Shown: piece after piece, positions 20,162 through 30,095 of the stretch
How the letters are laid out: each line of letters opens with the position of its first letter
How positions within the stretch are numbered: the stretch's first letter is position 1
Assembly: GCA_038215615.1 (NCBI GenBank)
Contig: JBBQQR010000018.1
Location: 1-44,686, forward strand
Source: Vulcanimicrobiales bacterium
Lineage (GTDB): Bacteria > Vulcanimicrobiota > Vulcanimicrobiia > Vulcanimicrobiales > Vulcanimicrobiaceae
Reading direction: 5' to 3'
DNA length: 44,686 nucleotides
Translations under genes and position numbers: made by a program
Notes under the pieces: model-generated
Databases searched by the model: none
The model's input: the letters and a program-made list of their open reading frames with translations, nothing else
Told to the model about the DNA's origin: nothing

Positions 20162-20385
20162 TTTCGGGCAACCCCAAAGCCTTCCGGCTCGATCGGACTC
20201 AGCTCCAGTCAAGCCACGGCAACATTTCCCTTCACGCTTGTCGGGCTACCTGTACCAAACGCTACCATTCAGCTCACGCTTACAGCCAGCAAAAGTGATG
20301 GCACGTCTGCAGTCATTCCCCGGTCAGCGTTGTAGCCCGAACTTGACACAATGGAGAGCGCGGCATTAGCACGGCGCTCCTAAAG

Positions 20386-22713
20386 CTAACGTAACATAGG
20401 TACAACGGTGAGGGCTGCTCCGTCGGTCGTAACGGTAACCGCGCCGTTTTCGTCCGTCCGGTAGACCTTAACACCAAAACGCAGCAGAGCTTCGAGCGTT
20501 GACGGTGCGGGATGCCCGAACAAATTATGCCGCCCGACTGAGATGATCGCATACGATGGATGCACGGCCTCGATAAAAGCGCGCGTGGAACTGTAAGCCG
20601 ATCCATGATGGCCCACCTTGAGCACGCCGGCGTGGAGATCGACGCCGATCGCCAGGAAACGCCGCTCAGCCTCGGCACCCGCGTCACCCGTGAAGAGCAT
20701 CCGGAATTTGCCATATTGCAATATGAACGCAAGCGAGTTGCTGTTGATGTCGTTTCGCGTATGCGTGAGAAGCGGGATAGATGGGCCAATAAACGTCAGC
20801 GTCAGGCCGTCGTCGGTTCGCCAGACGGCGCCTGCACGCGGGTAAACGATTGGCGTGTGCTGCGTTTTTGCGACCTGCAGTGCGTCGTTGTACGCAAACC
20901 CAGGATAGAGCTGGCCGGTGTCGGCGAATTCGTCTGTCGGAAACGAACGCAACACCGGGGCAACCCCGCCGGCGTGATCTCCGTGCGGATGCGAAAGCAG
21001 CAGCGCGTCGATTGCGCGCACGCCTTCGCGACGCAAGAACGGAACCACAATCCGCTCGCCCACCGCTTCGGCGGTCGATTCACTTCCGTGTCCTTGCTCT
21101 AACCGGCCGCCGGCGTCAACGATCAGCGTGTGGCCGCGAGGCGTACGAATGACGATCGCGTCGGCTTGTCCGACATCGAGCACCGTAATTCGCAGCCGGT
21201 GGTCGGGCGTGCGCGGCGGCCACGCAACAAGCAACACACCCAGAAGAAAAAAGGCCGGGGCAAAATGACGGGCGCCCTGCTTCCAAAGAAAGACGGCGGC
21301 GGCGAGCAAGAGATCGTATGACGCGATCGTCCACAGGGGCGGGGGCATCGCGGCGACCGTCGACCCGGGCAGTGTCGCGAGCGTATGAACCGTCGCGACG
21401 ATCCATGCCAGCACCCAGCCGTTCACGTTCGCGATCCCTTGCGCGAGCTGTGGCACCGCGGCGAGCGCGAGTTGCGCGGCGCCCGCGAGTTGCGCGGCGC
21501 CCAGAATCATCGTCGCGCCGACGCACGGAACGACGGCGGCATTGGCGACGATCGCGTAAGGCGCAAAGAGTAAGAATACCGAGGCGGTCAGCGGCCAGGT
21601 TCCGATTTGCGTCGCAATCGTAAGCGTGAACGTTTCACGCAAGCGTCCCGGAAGCTGCGCGTACTGCTGCAACTCGGCTTCGATGCAATCTGCGCAGAGC
21701 AATATTGCGCCGACGCATGAAAACGAAAGCTCAAACGAAGCGCTCCCTACCGCCAATGGATCGAATACCGCGATCGCCAGGAGCGCCGCGCCGAAAATAT
21801 TCCACGCTCGCGTGGCTCGGCCGCATGCATAGGCGGTGAGCGCAAACGAGATCATCGTGGCGGCGCGCATCGCAGGAAGGTGGAGTCCGCTGAAAATTGC
21901 GTAGAACCAAATTGCCGCAATCGTGAGCGCGCAAGCGGTTACGCGAGGCGCACTCAAGAAGCGCAAGAGCAGAAGCGTCAGCGTAGCTACGACTCCGAGG
22001 TGCAAGCCCGCGGTGACCAGGACGTGCACCGTTCCGGTCTCTTGAAACTCCGTTCGCAGCTCGGGTGGTAATGCGGACCGCGCGCCCCAGAGTTCGCCCG
22101 CCAGAATCGTTGCCGACGGCTCCGGAAGGCGTGCGCGCAGCTGCATGAGCGCCCATTCGTGCGCCTTTGCGACGAGCACATCGAGCGTTGGCGCGCGAGC
22201 CGGCAGGAAACGAAGGATCTGCGCGTTGCCGATCCGCGCGATGATGCCGCGTTCGCGTTCGATCGCACGCTGATCGGGCTCGCCGGGATTGCGTGGTCCA
22301 TCAAAGGATTCGATCCGGCCGCGCAGCAGTGCGCGAACGCCGGCGTGCGGAAGCGATCCGCGCGTCGTGACGGCGAGCTTCGTTCCGTTATCCGCGGCGC
22401 AGATAAATGTGCTGCCGTCATTCTGCACGCCGTTCGGATCGAGCACGGTACACGCGATGCGCGCCGTTTTTTCCGAGGGTGCTGACACGGGATCCGAAAC
22501 GTGCAGCGCCGCCAGGCACCAACCCGCCGCCAGGGCGAGCGCGGCGCACGCGCGAAGCGGCAGAAGCGGCGAACGTGCCAGCGCAATCCAACCGCACAGC
22601 ACGACGCATGCGCACAGCGTCAATCCGCGCGCCTCGGGAGAAAAAGGCTGCGCGGCGGCCGCACCTAAAGCGGCCGCGGCCCCCAATAGCAAAAGCGGGG
22701 TACGTTCCGGCAC
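20386..22713 (-). CDS. comEC: DNA internalization competence protein ComEC/Rec2
   Basis: PRNPGEPD OB domain, FQETGTVHVLVTAGLHL competence domain, and metallo-beta-lactamase LDVGQADA, SHPHGDHAGG, LKVGHHGS, FGHP, YRTDENG; start GTG 22713. Confidence 0.93.
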   Translation of the reverse strand: MPERTPLLLLGAAAALGAAAAQPFSPEARGLTLCACVVLCGWIALARSPLLPLRACAALALAAGWCLAALHVSDPVSAPSEKTARIACTVLDPNGVQNDGSTFICAADNGTKLAVTTRGSLPHAGVRALLRGRIESFDGPRNPGEPDQRAIERERGIIARIGNAQILRFLPARAPTLDVLVAKAHEWALMQLRARLPEPSATILAGELWGARSALPPELRTEFQETGTVHVLVTAGLHLGVVATLTLLLLRFLSAPRVTACALTIAAIWFYAIFSGLHLPAMRAATMISFALTAYACGRATRAWNIFGAALLAIAVFDPLAVGSASFELSFSCVGAILLCADCIEAELQQYAQLPGRLRETFTLTIATQIGTWPLTASVFLLFAPYAIVANAAVVPCVGATMILGAAQLAGAAQLALAAVPQLAQGIANVNGWVLAWIVATVHTLATLPGSTVAAMPPPLWTIASYDLLLAAAVFLWKQGARHFAPAFFLLGVLLVAWPPRTPDHRLRITVLDVGQADAIVIRTPRGHTLIVDAGGRLEQGHGSESTAEAVGERIVVPFLRREGVRAIDALLLSHPHGDHAGGVAPVLRSFPTDEFADTGQLYPGFAYNDALQVAKTQHTPIVYPRAGAVWRTDDGLTLTFIGPSIPLLTHTRNDINSNSLAFILQYGKFRMLFTGDAGAEAERRFLAIGVDLHAGVLKVGHHGSAYSSTRAFIEAVHPSYAIISVGRHNLFGHPAPSTLEALLRFGVKVYRTDENGAVTVTTDGAALTVVPMLR
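21466..21502. repeat. Perfect 18-bp tandem duplication inside comEC
   Basis: GCGAGTTGCGCGGCGCCC twice, encoding GAAQLA-GAAQLA. Confidence 0.85.
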
Positions 22714-22756
22714 GTATCGCAACTGCGACGAGACGGCAAGAATTAAAGGAGCTGCA

Positions 22757-23695
22757 ATGCGGATTATGGTCACCGGCGGGGCCGGTTTCATCGGGTCGCA
22801 CGTGACCGACGCGTACCTGGCCGCCGGCCACGAGGTACTGGTCCTCGACGCGCTGTGGGAACACGGCGGCGGGCGTCGTCAAAACGTGCCTCCTCGCGCG
22901 TTGTTCATGCACATGGATATCCGCGACGAGTCGATTGCGCGAATTTTTCAAGAGTTCAAGCCCGAGGTCGTGAGTCACCACGCGGCGCAGGCCAGCGTCG
23001 CGATAGGATCGCGCGATCCAATCTACGATGCGCAAGTGAACGTCGTCGGGCTGCTCAACATCCTGGAAAACTCCGTGCGTCACGGTGTTCAAAAGATTGT
23101 TTACGCGTCAAGCGGTGCGATATTCGGAACGCCCGAACGCTTGCCGATGAGCGAGACCACGCCGCAGCGCCCCGAATCTCCCTATGGCATCACGAAGATG
23201 GTGGGCGAGCACTACTTGCGCTTCTACCAGCACGAGCGCGGGCTCGATTTTACGGCGCTGCGCTACGGAAACGTCTACGGGCCCCGACAGGATCCCAATG
23301 GTGAGGCGGGTGTCATCGCGATCTTCATCGGCAAGTTCTTGGCAGGCGAAGGCGTGCGCATCGATTCCGACGGCGATCAGACGCGCGACTATGTCTACGT
23401 GCGCGACGTCGCGGCCGCCAATCTCGCGGCTCTGGAGCGCGGGGCCGGCGGCATGTACTGCATTGGAACAAATAAACGCACCAGCGTGAACCAGATCTAC
23501 AGCGAGCTGTGCCGCGTGTCGGGTTTCGAAGCGCCTATCGAGCATGCTCCCAAGCGTCCGGGCGATGCGCGTGACGCCCAGTTCGCTTGCGCGCTCGCGA
23601 AAAAAAAGTTGGACTGGTCGCCTGGTACGGAGCTTGGTGACGGAATTCGCGAAACGTACGAGTATTTTAAGGACTCCTTGCCGGTAAGCCGGTGA
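22757..23695 (+). CDS. NAD-dependent epimerase/dehydratase (UDP-glucose 4-epimerase-like)
   Basis: TGGAGFIGSH, HHAAQ, YGITK catalytic motif, RYGNVYGPRQDP and TRDYVYV; AAGGAG RBS. Confidence 0.9.
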   Translation: MRIMVTGGAGFIGSHVTDAYLAAGHEVLVLDALWEHGGGRRQNVPPRALFMHMDIRDESIARIFQEFKPEVVSHHAAQASVAIGSRDPIYDAQVNVVGLLNILENSVRHGVQKIVYASSGAIFGTPERLPMSETTPQRPESPYGITKMVGEHYLRFYQHERGLDFTALRYGNVYGPRQDPNGEAGVIAIFIGKFLAGEGVRIDSDGDQTRDYVYVRDVAAANLAALERGAGGMYCIGTNKRTSVNQIYSELCRVSGFEAPIEHAPKRPGDARDAQFACALAKKKLDWSPGTELGDGIRETYEYFKDSLPVSR

Positions 23696-24759
23696 AGGTT
23701 CCCGCTGCCTTCGTGCACGCGCTGACGCCGCTCTTTGCCGGAGTATCGTCGGTCCGCCGCCGGGCCATCCCGCCGCAGCTCGCGATCATGGAAATGGCTA
23801 CGGGAATCTGGCCCGCCATGATCCTTCGTGCGTTCGTAAAAACCGGAATCGCCGGCCGGCTCGCGCAATCGGCCGCATCGCCCGACGAAATCGCCAGTGA
23901 TCTGTCCTTACACGCACCGAGCGTCCGGCGCGTGCTGCGTTTTCTCGCGGGATATGACGTTGTGCGCGCCACCGGTGAGAAGTTCGAGCTCACGGAGATC
24001 GGGAGCTGCGCGGCGTCGGGCAATGCGGCTTCCGTTGCAGACTTTTTATCGTACGTGGGGGAGCCCTGGCAGCTTGTGCCGTGGGCGCATCTGGACGAAA
24101 CGCTGCGCACCGGCAAGCCTGCGTTCGACCTCGCCTACGGCAGCGGATTTTTCGAGTACCTGAAGAGTCATGAAGACGTCCAGAGCCACTTCGATCGCGC
24201 GATGAACGACGTTGCCAAGCTGCACGCCGCGGCCATCGCGGAAGCATACGATTTTTCCGGCGCTTCGCCCGTCGCCGATATCGGCGGCGGTTCCGGGCTC
24301 GTGCTGCACGCGATTATGAGCCGGTTTCCAAAAGTTCACGGCATGCTGTCCGATCTGCCCGCGGCGGTAGAGAAGGCGCGCATGCAACTTGCGGACCTTT
24401 CCGGCCGCGTCGAATTCGTCGCAGGAGATTTTTTTGAATCGGTCCCCCCAGCTAAAACGTATGTTCTTACGCACATCTTGCACGATTGGGATGACGATCA
24501 CTCGTTATCGCTCTTGCACGCCATCCGGCGCAGCATCGCGCCGGGCGGTTACGTATTGGTCGCGGAAGCGCTTGCCGAAGACGACCCGAACGTCTGGAGC
24601 GCCGCTTCATTAACCGACGCGCAAATGCTGACGATGCTCACCGGCCGCGAACGTACGCGTACCGAGTACTCACAATTGTTGCGAAAGGCCGGCTTCACGG
24701 TAAAGCGCATCATCCCGACATCCGCTGCCGAATCGATTATCGTCTGCGAAGTAGCCTAA
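23692..24759 (+). CDS. Class I SAM-dependent O-methyltransferase with dimerisation domain
   Basis: VADIGGGSG, GDFFESVP, HILHDWDD and GRERTRTEY; GTGA overlap with the epimerase. Confidence 0.88.
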   Translation: MKVPAAFVHALTPLFAGVSSVRRRAIPPQLAIMEMATGIWPAMILRAFVKTGIAGRLAQSAASPDEIASDLSLHAPSVRRVLRFLAGYDVVRATGEKFELTEIGSCAASGNAASVADFLSYVGEPWQLVPWAHLDETLRTGKPAFDLAYGSGFFEYLKSHEDVQSHFDRAMNDVAKLHAAAIAEAYDFSGASPVADIGGGSGLVLHAIMSRFPKVHGMLSDLPAAVEKARMQLADLSGRVEFVAGDFFESVPPAKTYVLTHILHDWDDDHSLSLLHAIRRSIAPGGYVLVAEALAEDDPNVWSAASLTDAQMLTMLTGRERTRTEYSQLLRKAGFTVKRIIPTSAAESIIVCEVA

Positions 24760-24765
24760 GAGGCC

Positions 24766-27234
24766 CTACGCGGCGACGATGTTCAGCAACTTGTCCGCCA
24801 CAAATATCTTCCTGCGGACTTCTTTGCCGTCGAGCTGAGCCTGCACCGGCGGCTGCGCGATCGCCAGTGCGTACGCGTCTTCCTCCGAGGTGCCGGGTGC
24901 TACGTCCAGGCGCGCGCGGATTTTGCCGTTCACCTGCACGACCAGCGTAATAGATTCTACGGCCAACGCGCGGCCGTCGGGTTCCAGAAAACGCTCCAAA
25001 TGTACCGTCGTCCGGTGTCCCAGCCCCTCCCATAATTCGTCCGCGAGATGCGGCGCGAAGGGAGCGATAACTAGCGGCAGCGCATGCACCGCGTAGGCGA
25101 CTGCCGGCGAATCCGGCGCGCTTTGCTCGAGGGTTGTGAGCGCATTGACGTACTCGTCAAGTTTCGCAACGGTCGTATTATAATGAAAACGGCGGGTGAG
25201 CGTTTCGTCGACGGCTGACTTCGCCGCAATATGCACGGCGCGCAGCAACGTCTTTTCGTCCTCGCCGGAGACCTCCGGCAACACGCGCGGATCGGCTTTC
25301 TTGGCGCGCTCCAAAAACGGCTCGCACGCGCGCCACACGCGGTTGACAAAACGAACGCGGCCGTTGATGCCTTCGTCGGTCCAGTCGCTCGTATCTTCGG
25401 GCGGGGTCACGTAAAGCAAGAACAAGCGCATGGCGTCGACTCCGCGCCGCTCGACGATCTCGTCGATGCCGATCACGTTGCCGCGCGATTTGCTCATCTT
25501 CTCGCCGTTGTAGAGCACCATCCCCTGATGGAACAACCGCGTGATCGGCTCGTCTGCGCCGCTCACCCAGCCGCGGTCGTGAAAGAACTTGTAAAAGAAA
25601 CGCGAGTAGAGCAAGTGCAGCACCGCATGCTCCGCTCCGCCGATATATTGATCGATCGGCATCCAGTATCGCGCGATGTCCTCGTTCCACGGTTTGCCCG
25701 CGTTATGCGGATCGAGATAGCGCAGATAATACCAGGAGGACTCGAAGAACGTGTCCATCGTATCGCTCTCCCGCTTGGCGGGGCCGCCGCACTTGGGACA
25801 CGTCGTGTTGCTGAACACCGGATCGTTGGCAAGTGGCGAACCTTCGCCCGTAATGGGAACGTCGGCGGGCAGCATGACGGGAAGCTGATCGTCGGGTACC
25901 GGCACTTCGCCGCACTTTTCACAGTAGACGATCGGAATCGGCGTTCCCCAATAGCGCTGGCGCGAGACGAGCCAATCGCGCAGGCGGTAATTGACTTTGG
26001 GTTCCCCCAGGCCGAGAGCGATCAGCCGGTCGGCAATGGCCTTGCGCGCGCGCCCGCTCGACATACCAGTGAAATCGCCGCTGGCGATCAGGCGGCCGTC
26101 TTCTAGAAACGATTCGTTTAAAGGAGCGCTGACATCGGCGCCGGGCGCCGCGACCACGCGTGCGACGGGCAGCGCGTTCTTGCGCGCAAATTCGAAATCG
26201 CGCTGATCGTGCGCGGAGACGCCCATAACGGCGCCCGTGCCGTATTCCGCGAGCACATAATTGGTCACCCAAATCGGCACGCGCTCGCGCGAAAGCGGAT
26301 TGATCGCGTAGGCGCCGGTAAAAACGCCTTCTTTTTCCATGAGGCTCGTGCGCTCGAGCTCGGATTTGGAGCGCAAACTTTGCGTGAACTGCTCGACCGC
26401 CGCGCGCTGCTTCTTCGTTACGATGTGTGAAACGGCCGGATGTTCTGGCGCGACAGCCAGGTACGTAACGCCGAACAAGGTATCCAAGCGCGTCGTAAAA
26501 ACGCTGATGCGTTCTTGCGAGTTCTCAACGGCGAAGGTGAACTGCGCGCCTTCGCTGCGCCCGATCCAGTTGCGCTGCATTGTCCGCGTGCGTTCGGGCC
26601 AGCCGTCGAGCGTGTCGAGGCTGTCGAGCAGCCGGTCGGCGTAATCGGTGATCTTCAAGAACCACTGGGAGAGATTGCGCCGCTCGACCAAATTCTCGCA
26701 GCGCCAGCAGCGGCCGTCGATGACTTGTTCGTTAGCGAGCACCGTGCGATCGTGCGGGCACCAGTTGACGGGCGCCTCGCGCTTGTACGCCAAGCCGCGC
26801 TCGTAGAGACGCAAGAAGAGCCACTGATTCCAGCGGTAATATTCGGGCTCGCACGTCGTGATCTCGCGCGACCAGTCGTAACTCGTTCCCATCAGTCGGA
26901 CTTGGCGCTGCATGTTTGCAATGTTCGCGCGCGTCCACTTGCCGGGATCCGCGCCGTGCGCGATCGCCGCGTTTTCGGCCGGCAATCCGAAAGCATCCCA
27001 ACCCATCGGATGGATCACATTGTAGCCGAGCATTCGCATCATGCGCGCGATGGCGTCGCCCAGGGAATAATTTTTCGCGTGGCCGACGTGCAGATCACCC
27101 GACGGGTACGGCAACATCTCCATCGTGTAATACTTTTGCTTCTCCGCATCTTCGCGCGCGCGGAAGATGCCCTGCTCGTCCCAGCGCTGCTGCCACTTTT
27201 GTTCTACGGCTCGATAATCGTAAACGTCGGCCAT
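24766..27234 (-). CDS. leuS: Leucine--tRNA ligase
   Basis: MLPYPSGDLHVGH (HIGH), KMSKS, GWDAFGLPAENAA, editing domain FTTRLDT and C-terminal VQVNGK; start ATG 27234. Confidence 0.97.
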   Translation of the reverse strand: MADVYDYRAVEQKWQQRWDEQGIFRAREDAEKQKYYTMEMLPYPSGDLHVGHAKNYSLGDAIARMMRMLGYNVIHPMGWDAFGLPAENAAIAHGADPGKWTRANIANMQRQVRLMGTSYDWSREITTCEPEYYRWNQWLFLRLYERGLAYKREAPVNWCPHDRTVLANEQVIDGRCWRCENLVERRNLSQWFLKITDYADRLLDSLDTLDGWPERTRTMQRNWIGRSEGAQFTFAVENSQERISVFTTRLDTLFGVTYLAVAPEHPAVSHIVTKKQRAAVEQFTQSLRSKSELERTSLMEKEGVFTGAYAINPLSRERVPIWVTNYVLAEYGTGAVMGVSAHDQRDFEFARKNALPVARVVAAPGADVSAPLNESFLEDGRLIASGDFTGMSSGRARKAIADRLIALGLGEPKVNYRLRDWLVSRQRYWGTPIPIVYCEKCGEVPVPDDQLPVMLPADVPITGEGSPLANDPVFSNTTCPKCGGPAKRESDTMDTFFESSWYYLRYLDPHNAGKPWNEDIARYWMPIDQYIGGAEHAVLHLLYSRFFYKFFHDRGWVSGADEPITRLFHQGMVLYNGEKMSKSRGNVIGIDEIVERRGVDAMRLFLLYVTPPEDTSDWTDEGINGRVRFVNRVWRACEPFLERAKKADPRVLPEVSGEDEKTLLRAVHIAAKSAVDETLTRRFHYNTTVAKLDEYVNALTTLEQSAPDSPAVAYAVHALPLVIAPFAPHLADELWEGLGHRTTVHLERFLEPDGRALAVESITLVVQVNGKIRARLDVAPGTSEEDAYALAIAQPPVQAQLDGKEVRRKIFVADKLLNIVAA

Positions 27235-27255
27235 CGGAATCACCCATATAGGGCC

Positions 27256-27277
27256 GGAAAGGGCGCTAACCCTTTCC
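27256..27277. promoter_or_regulatory. Inverted repeat between the divergent leuS and comEA genes
   Basis: GGAAAGGG-CGCTAA-CCCTTTCC, perfect 8-bp arms. Confidence 0.4.
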
Positions 27278-27306
27278 TCAACCGTGCCCCGGCGTGAACG
27301 TACCGT

Positions 27307-27921
27307 GTGAAAACTTTGGCTGTCGCGGGTGCGGCCGTTATCTTGGTGGCGCTGGCTTTTCTCCATCCGGCGCCGCGTTTGGCGATCCCGGGCGCGGGCG
27401 CTGGCGGGCCGCGGCAGGCGCACTCACGTGCGCCGCTCGGCCGTGGTTCGACTGGCGCGCCTTCGCGCGCCGCTCACCATGACATCCCGGCGCTCGTCGT
27501 CTACGTCGCCGGTGCGGTGCGCCGGCCCGGCTTGTACCGAGTGCAGCCGGGCGCGCGAGCGAACGATGCGGTGGAGAAAGCGGGAAGTTTTTCGGACGCC
27601 GCAGATCGCGCCGCCGTGAACCTCGCGGAGATCGTGCAAGACGGAGAAGAGATCCGCGTTCCGCGGACGGGCGAAAGTGCGCCCCGCTCGCGCAAAACCG
27701 GCCGAAAGAAACGCGCGCCCATCCGGATGAGCGTCGACGTGAACTCGGCGAGCGCCGGCGAGCTGGCACACGTGCCCGGACTCGGAGCGACGCTAGCGGA
27801 GCGCATCGTCGCGTACCGCGCACAGAATGGCCCGTTTGCCTCGCTCGACGAGCTGGCCGATGTCTCCGGGTTTACGCTCCGGCGCATCGATACGCTGGCG
27901 CAGTACCTCGTGGTGCGATAG
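27307..27921 (+). CDS. comEA: Competence DNA-binding protein ComEA
   Basis: N-terminal anchor, SLBB VYVAGAVRRPGLY..VNLA..DGEEIRVP, and HhH VDVNSA..VPGLGATLAERIVAYRAQNGPF. Confidence 0.92.
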   Translation: MKTLAVAGAAVILVALAFLHPAPRLAIPGAGAGGPRQAHSRAPLGRGSTGAPSRAAHHDIPALVVYVAGAVRRPGLYRVQPGARANDAVEKAGSFSDAADRAAVNLAEIVQDGEEIRVPRTGESAPRSRKTGRKKRAPIRMSVDVNSASAGELAHVPGLGATLAERIVAYRAQNGPFASLDELADVSGFTLRRIDTLAQYLVVR

Positions 27922-27955
27922 CAAGAGAGCCCTATTCGGCGGCGAAGGCGAAACG

Positions 27956-29731
27956 ATGCAGCCCTCGCTGCCGCCGCGTGAAACTTTGCCGGCGGTTATC
28001 CGCCGTTCGCTCGAGCAGCCGCGCGAAGCTGCGCTGCTGGAACGCTCGGGTGCCGGTTGGCGCGCCACGTCTTCGCAGCAGCTCCTGAACCGTGTAGAAA
28101 AACTGGCGAATGCGATTCGTTCGTCCGGTCTGCAGGCCGGTGACCGGGTTGCGTTGATGGCCGTGAATAGCGTCGACTGGATCGTGGCGGACTTCGCGAT
28201 ACTTTTTGCCGGCTGCGTGGTCGTGCCGATCTTTCCGACGCAAGCTTCCGATCAGGTTTCATTCATTTTGCGCGACTCGGACGCGAAGATTGTCTTCACC
28301 GGGACCGCCGAATTGGCGGCGAGCGTTCGCGAGCTCACCGCCGCACCGGTCATCGTGTTCCAAGGCAGCGGCGCGGATTCGCTCGCTCAATTGGAGGGAC
28401 GCGGCGCGGGTCACGCGGGAGCTGTCGCGCAGTGGGAAGCGGCGCTTAGGCCGGACGATCTGGCCGTTCTGATTTATACGTCAGGCACAACCGGTGAACC
28501 CAAAGGCGTGATGCTCTCGCATTACAATGTCGCGTTCAATGCCGGGTCGTCGTTCAGCAATACGTTCGACGTGCTGCCGAGTGCTTCAAACGTGCTCTCG
28601 ATTTTGCCGTTCTCGCATATATACGAACACATGATTCTCTACGGTTACATGCTGCGCGGAATGCGCCACTACATTGCGCACGACGTTGACAAACTGCTCG
28701 ACGATCTTCGCGACGTGCATCCCGTCACGATGACCGCCGTACCGCGCCTTTTCGAACGCGTCATCGCGCGTATCGTCGGTGCGGCGAAATCTGGAGGCGG
28801 CTTGCAAGGCAAGGCCGTGCCCTGGGCGCTGGGTGTCGGCCGCGATTACATGACCGCGAAGGCTCGCGGGAAAAACCCCGGCGCCGCGCTTTGGGTCCAA
28901 TACCGCATAGCGCACTCATTGGTCCTGCGCAAGATTCGTCCGCGTTTGGGCTTGGATAAACTGGTATTTTTCGTGAGCGGCTCGGCGCCGCTGCACTTCG
29001 ATGTCGCGATGACGATGCTCGGCTGCGATATTCCGATCGTCGAAGGATACGGTCCCACAGAATGCTCGCCCGTCGTCACCGTTAATACGTTTGAAAACAA
29101 CCGCTATGGAACCGTCGGCAAACCGATCCCAGGCGTCGAGATCGCGATCGCTCCCGACGGCGAGGTGCTGGTTCGCGGCCCCGGCGTGATGCTGGGCTAC
29201 TACCACAATCCCGCGGCCACGTCGCAAGCATTGAAGGACGGCTGGTATCATACGGGCGACGTCGGCGAGCTCGACCCCGATGGATTCTTGCGCATTAGCG
29301 ATCGGAAAAACGAACTCTTCAAGACCTCCGGCGGAAAGTTCATCGCACCCGCGCGTTTGGAATCGGCGATAAAACGTTCGGTCTATGTGAGCCAGGTGAT
29401 GATCGCGGGTGAAGGCCGTGCGCATCCCGTCGCCTTGGTTTCGCCGAATTGGGAATTGGTGCGGCAAGAACTCGGGATTGCGGCGGACGCGCCGGCCGGG
29501 ACAATGGCCGAACGCAGCGACGTGATCGCGTTCATGACCGACCAAGTGCGCCGGCAAACGGCGGATTTGGCGACGTTCGAACAAGTGCGGCGCATCGCCG
29601 TACTGCCGCGCGATCTCACGATCGAAGACGGCGAGCTTTCGCCGACCCTCAAGGTCAAGCGCCGCGTCGTCGAACGCCGCTACGCAGCTCCGATAGGACG
29701 CCTGTACGCCGAAGAAACCGCGCGCGCTTAG
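27956..29731 (+). CDS. fadD: Long-chain fatty acid--CoA ligase
   Basis: IYTSGTTGEPKG, LPFSHIYE, EGYGPTE, HTGDVG, DRKNELFKTSGGK and ELSPTLKVKR. Confidence 0.88.
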   Translation: MQPSLPPRETLPAVIRRSLEQPREAALLERSGAGWRATSSQQLLNRVEKLANAIRSSGLQAGDRVALMAVNSVDWIVADFAILFAGCVVVPIFPTQASDQVSFILRDSDAKIVFTGTAELAASVRELTAAPVIVFQGSGADSLAQLEGRGAGHAGAVAQWEAALRPDDLAVLIYTSGTTGEPKGVMLSHYNVAFNAGSSFSNTFDVLPSASNVLSILPFSHIYEHMILYGYMLRGMRHYIAHDVDKLLDDLRDVHPVTMTAVPRLFERVIARIVGAAKSGGGLQGKAVPWALGVGRDYMTAKARGKNPGAALWVQYRIAHSLVLRKIRPRLGLDKLVFFVSGSAPLHFDVAMTMLGCDIPIVEGYGPTECSPVVTVNTFENNRYGTVGKPIPGVEIAIAPDGEVLVRGPGVMLGYYHNPAATSQALKDGWYHTGDVGELDPDGFLRISDRKNELFKTSGGKFIAPARLESAIKRSVYVSQVMIAGEGRAHPVALVSPNWELVRQELGIAADAPAGTMAERSDVIAFMTDQVRRQTADLATFEQVRRIAVLPRDLTIEDGELSPTLKVKRRVVERRYAAPIGRLYAEETARA

Positions 29732-30095
29732 CTCGCTCCAGCTCGATGAGGTCCTTCGGGGACCCATCAAGAGCAAGACGCTCTTTCCCGTCTTGATCTT
29801 GCACTTGCTCAAGAAGAAGCCGGATCACGGCTACGGATTGATGGCCCGTATCGAAAGCACGTGCGGGGACCTCATCGCCGTAAACACCAACAAAATCTAC
29901 CCGCTCCTTCGCCGCTTGGAAGAGCGCGGTTTTCTGAGCGCGAAGTGGGACCATCCCTCAAAACGGTCGCGCCGAGTCTATGTGGTTACGGCAGAGGGAG
30001 AGGCCCGGCTCAATCGCATAAAGAGCGCGATGTTGCCGTATCTCGATGCCGTGAGCGCAGCCGTTAAGGATCTTAAGAAGGAACTCTACCGTTGA
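29706..30095 (+). CDS. PadR family transcriptional regulator (start uncertain: ACG 29706 or TTG 29793)
   Basis: ILHLLKKKPDHGYGLM, IYPLLRRLEERGFL and RRVYVVTAEG winged helix; the frame stays open upstream to an AGGA-N7-ACG site. Confidence 0.85.
   Translation, partial: TPKKPRALSSLQLDEVLRGPIKSKTLFPVLILHLLKKKPDHGYGLMARIESTCGDLIAVNTNKIYPLLRRLEERGFLSAKWDHPSKRSRRVYVVTAEGEARLNRIKSAMLPYLDAVSAAVKDLKKELYR

Noticed and set aside
19846..20369. ORF-track ORFs 19846-20040, 19940-20212 and 20103-20369
   Set aside because: Better explained by the YciI remnant and the RBS-supported metallothionein
22289..22756. 156-aa N-terminal extension of the epimerase
   Set aside because: It overlaps comEC antisense; the RBS and Rossmann motif place the start at 22757
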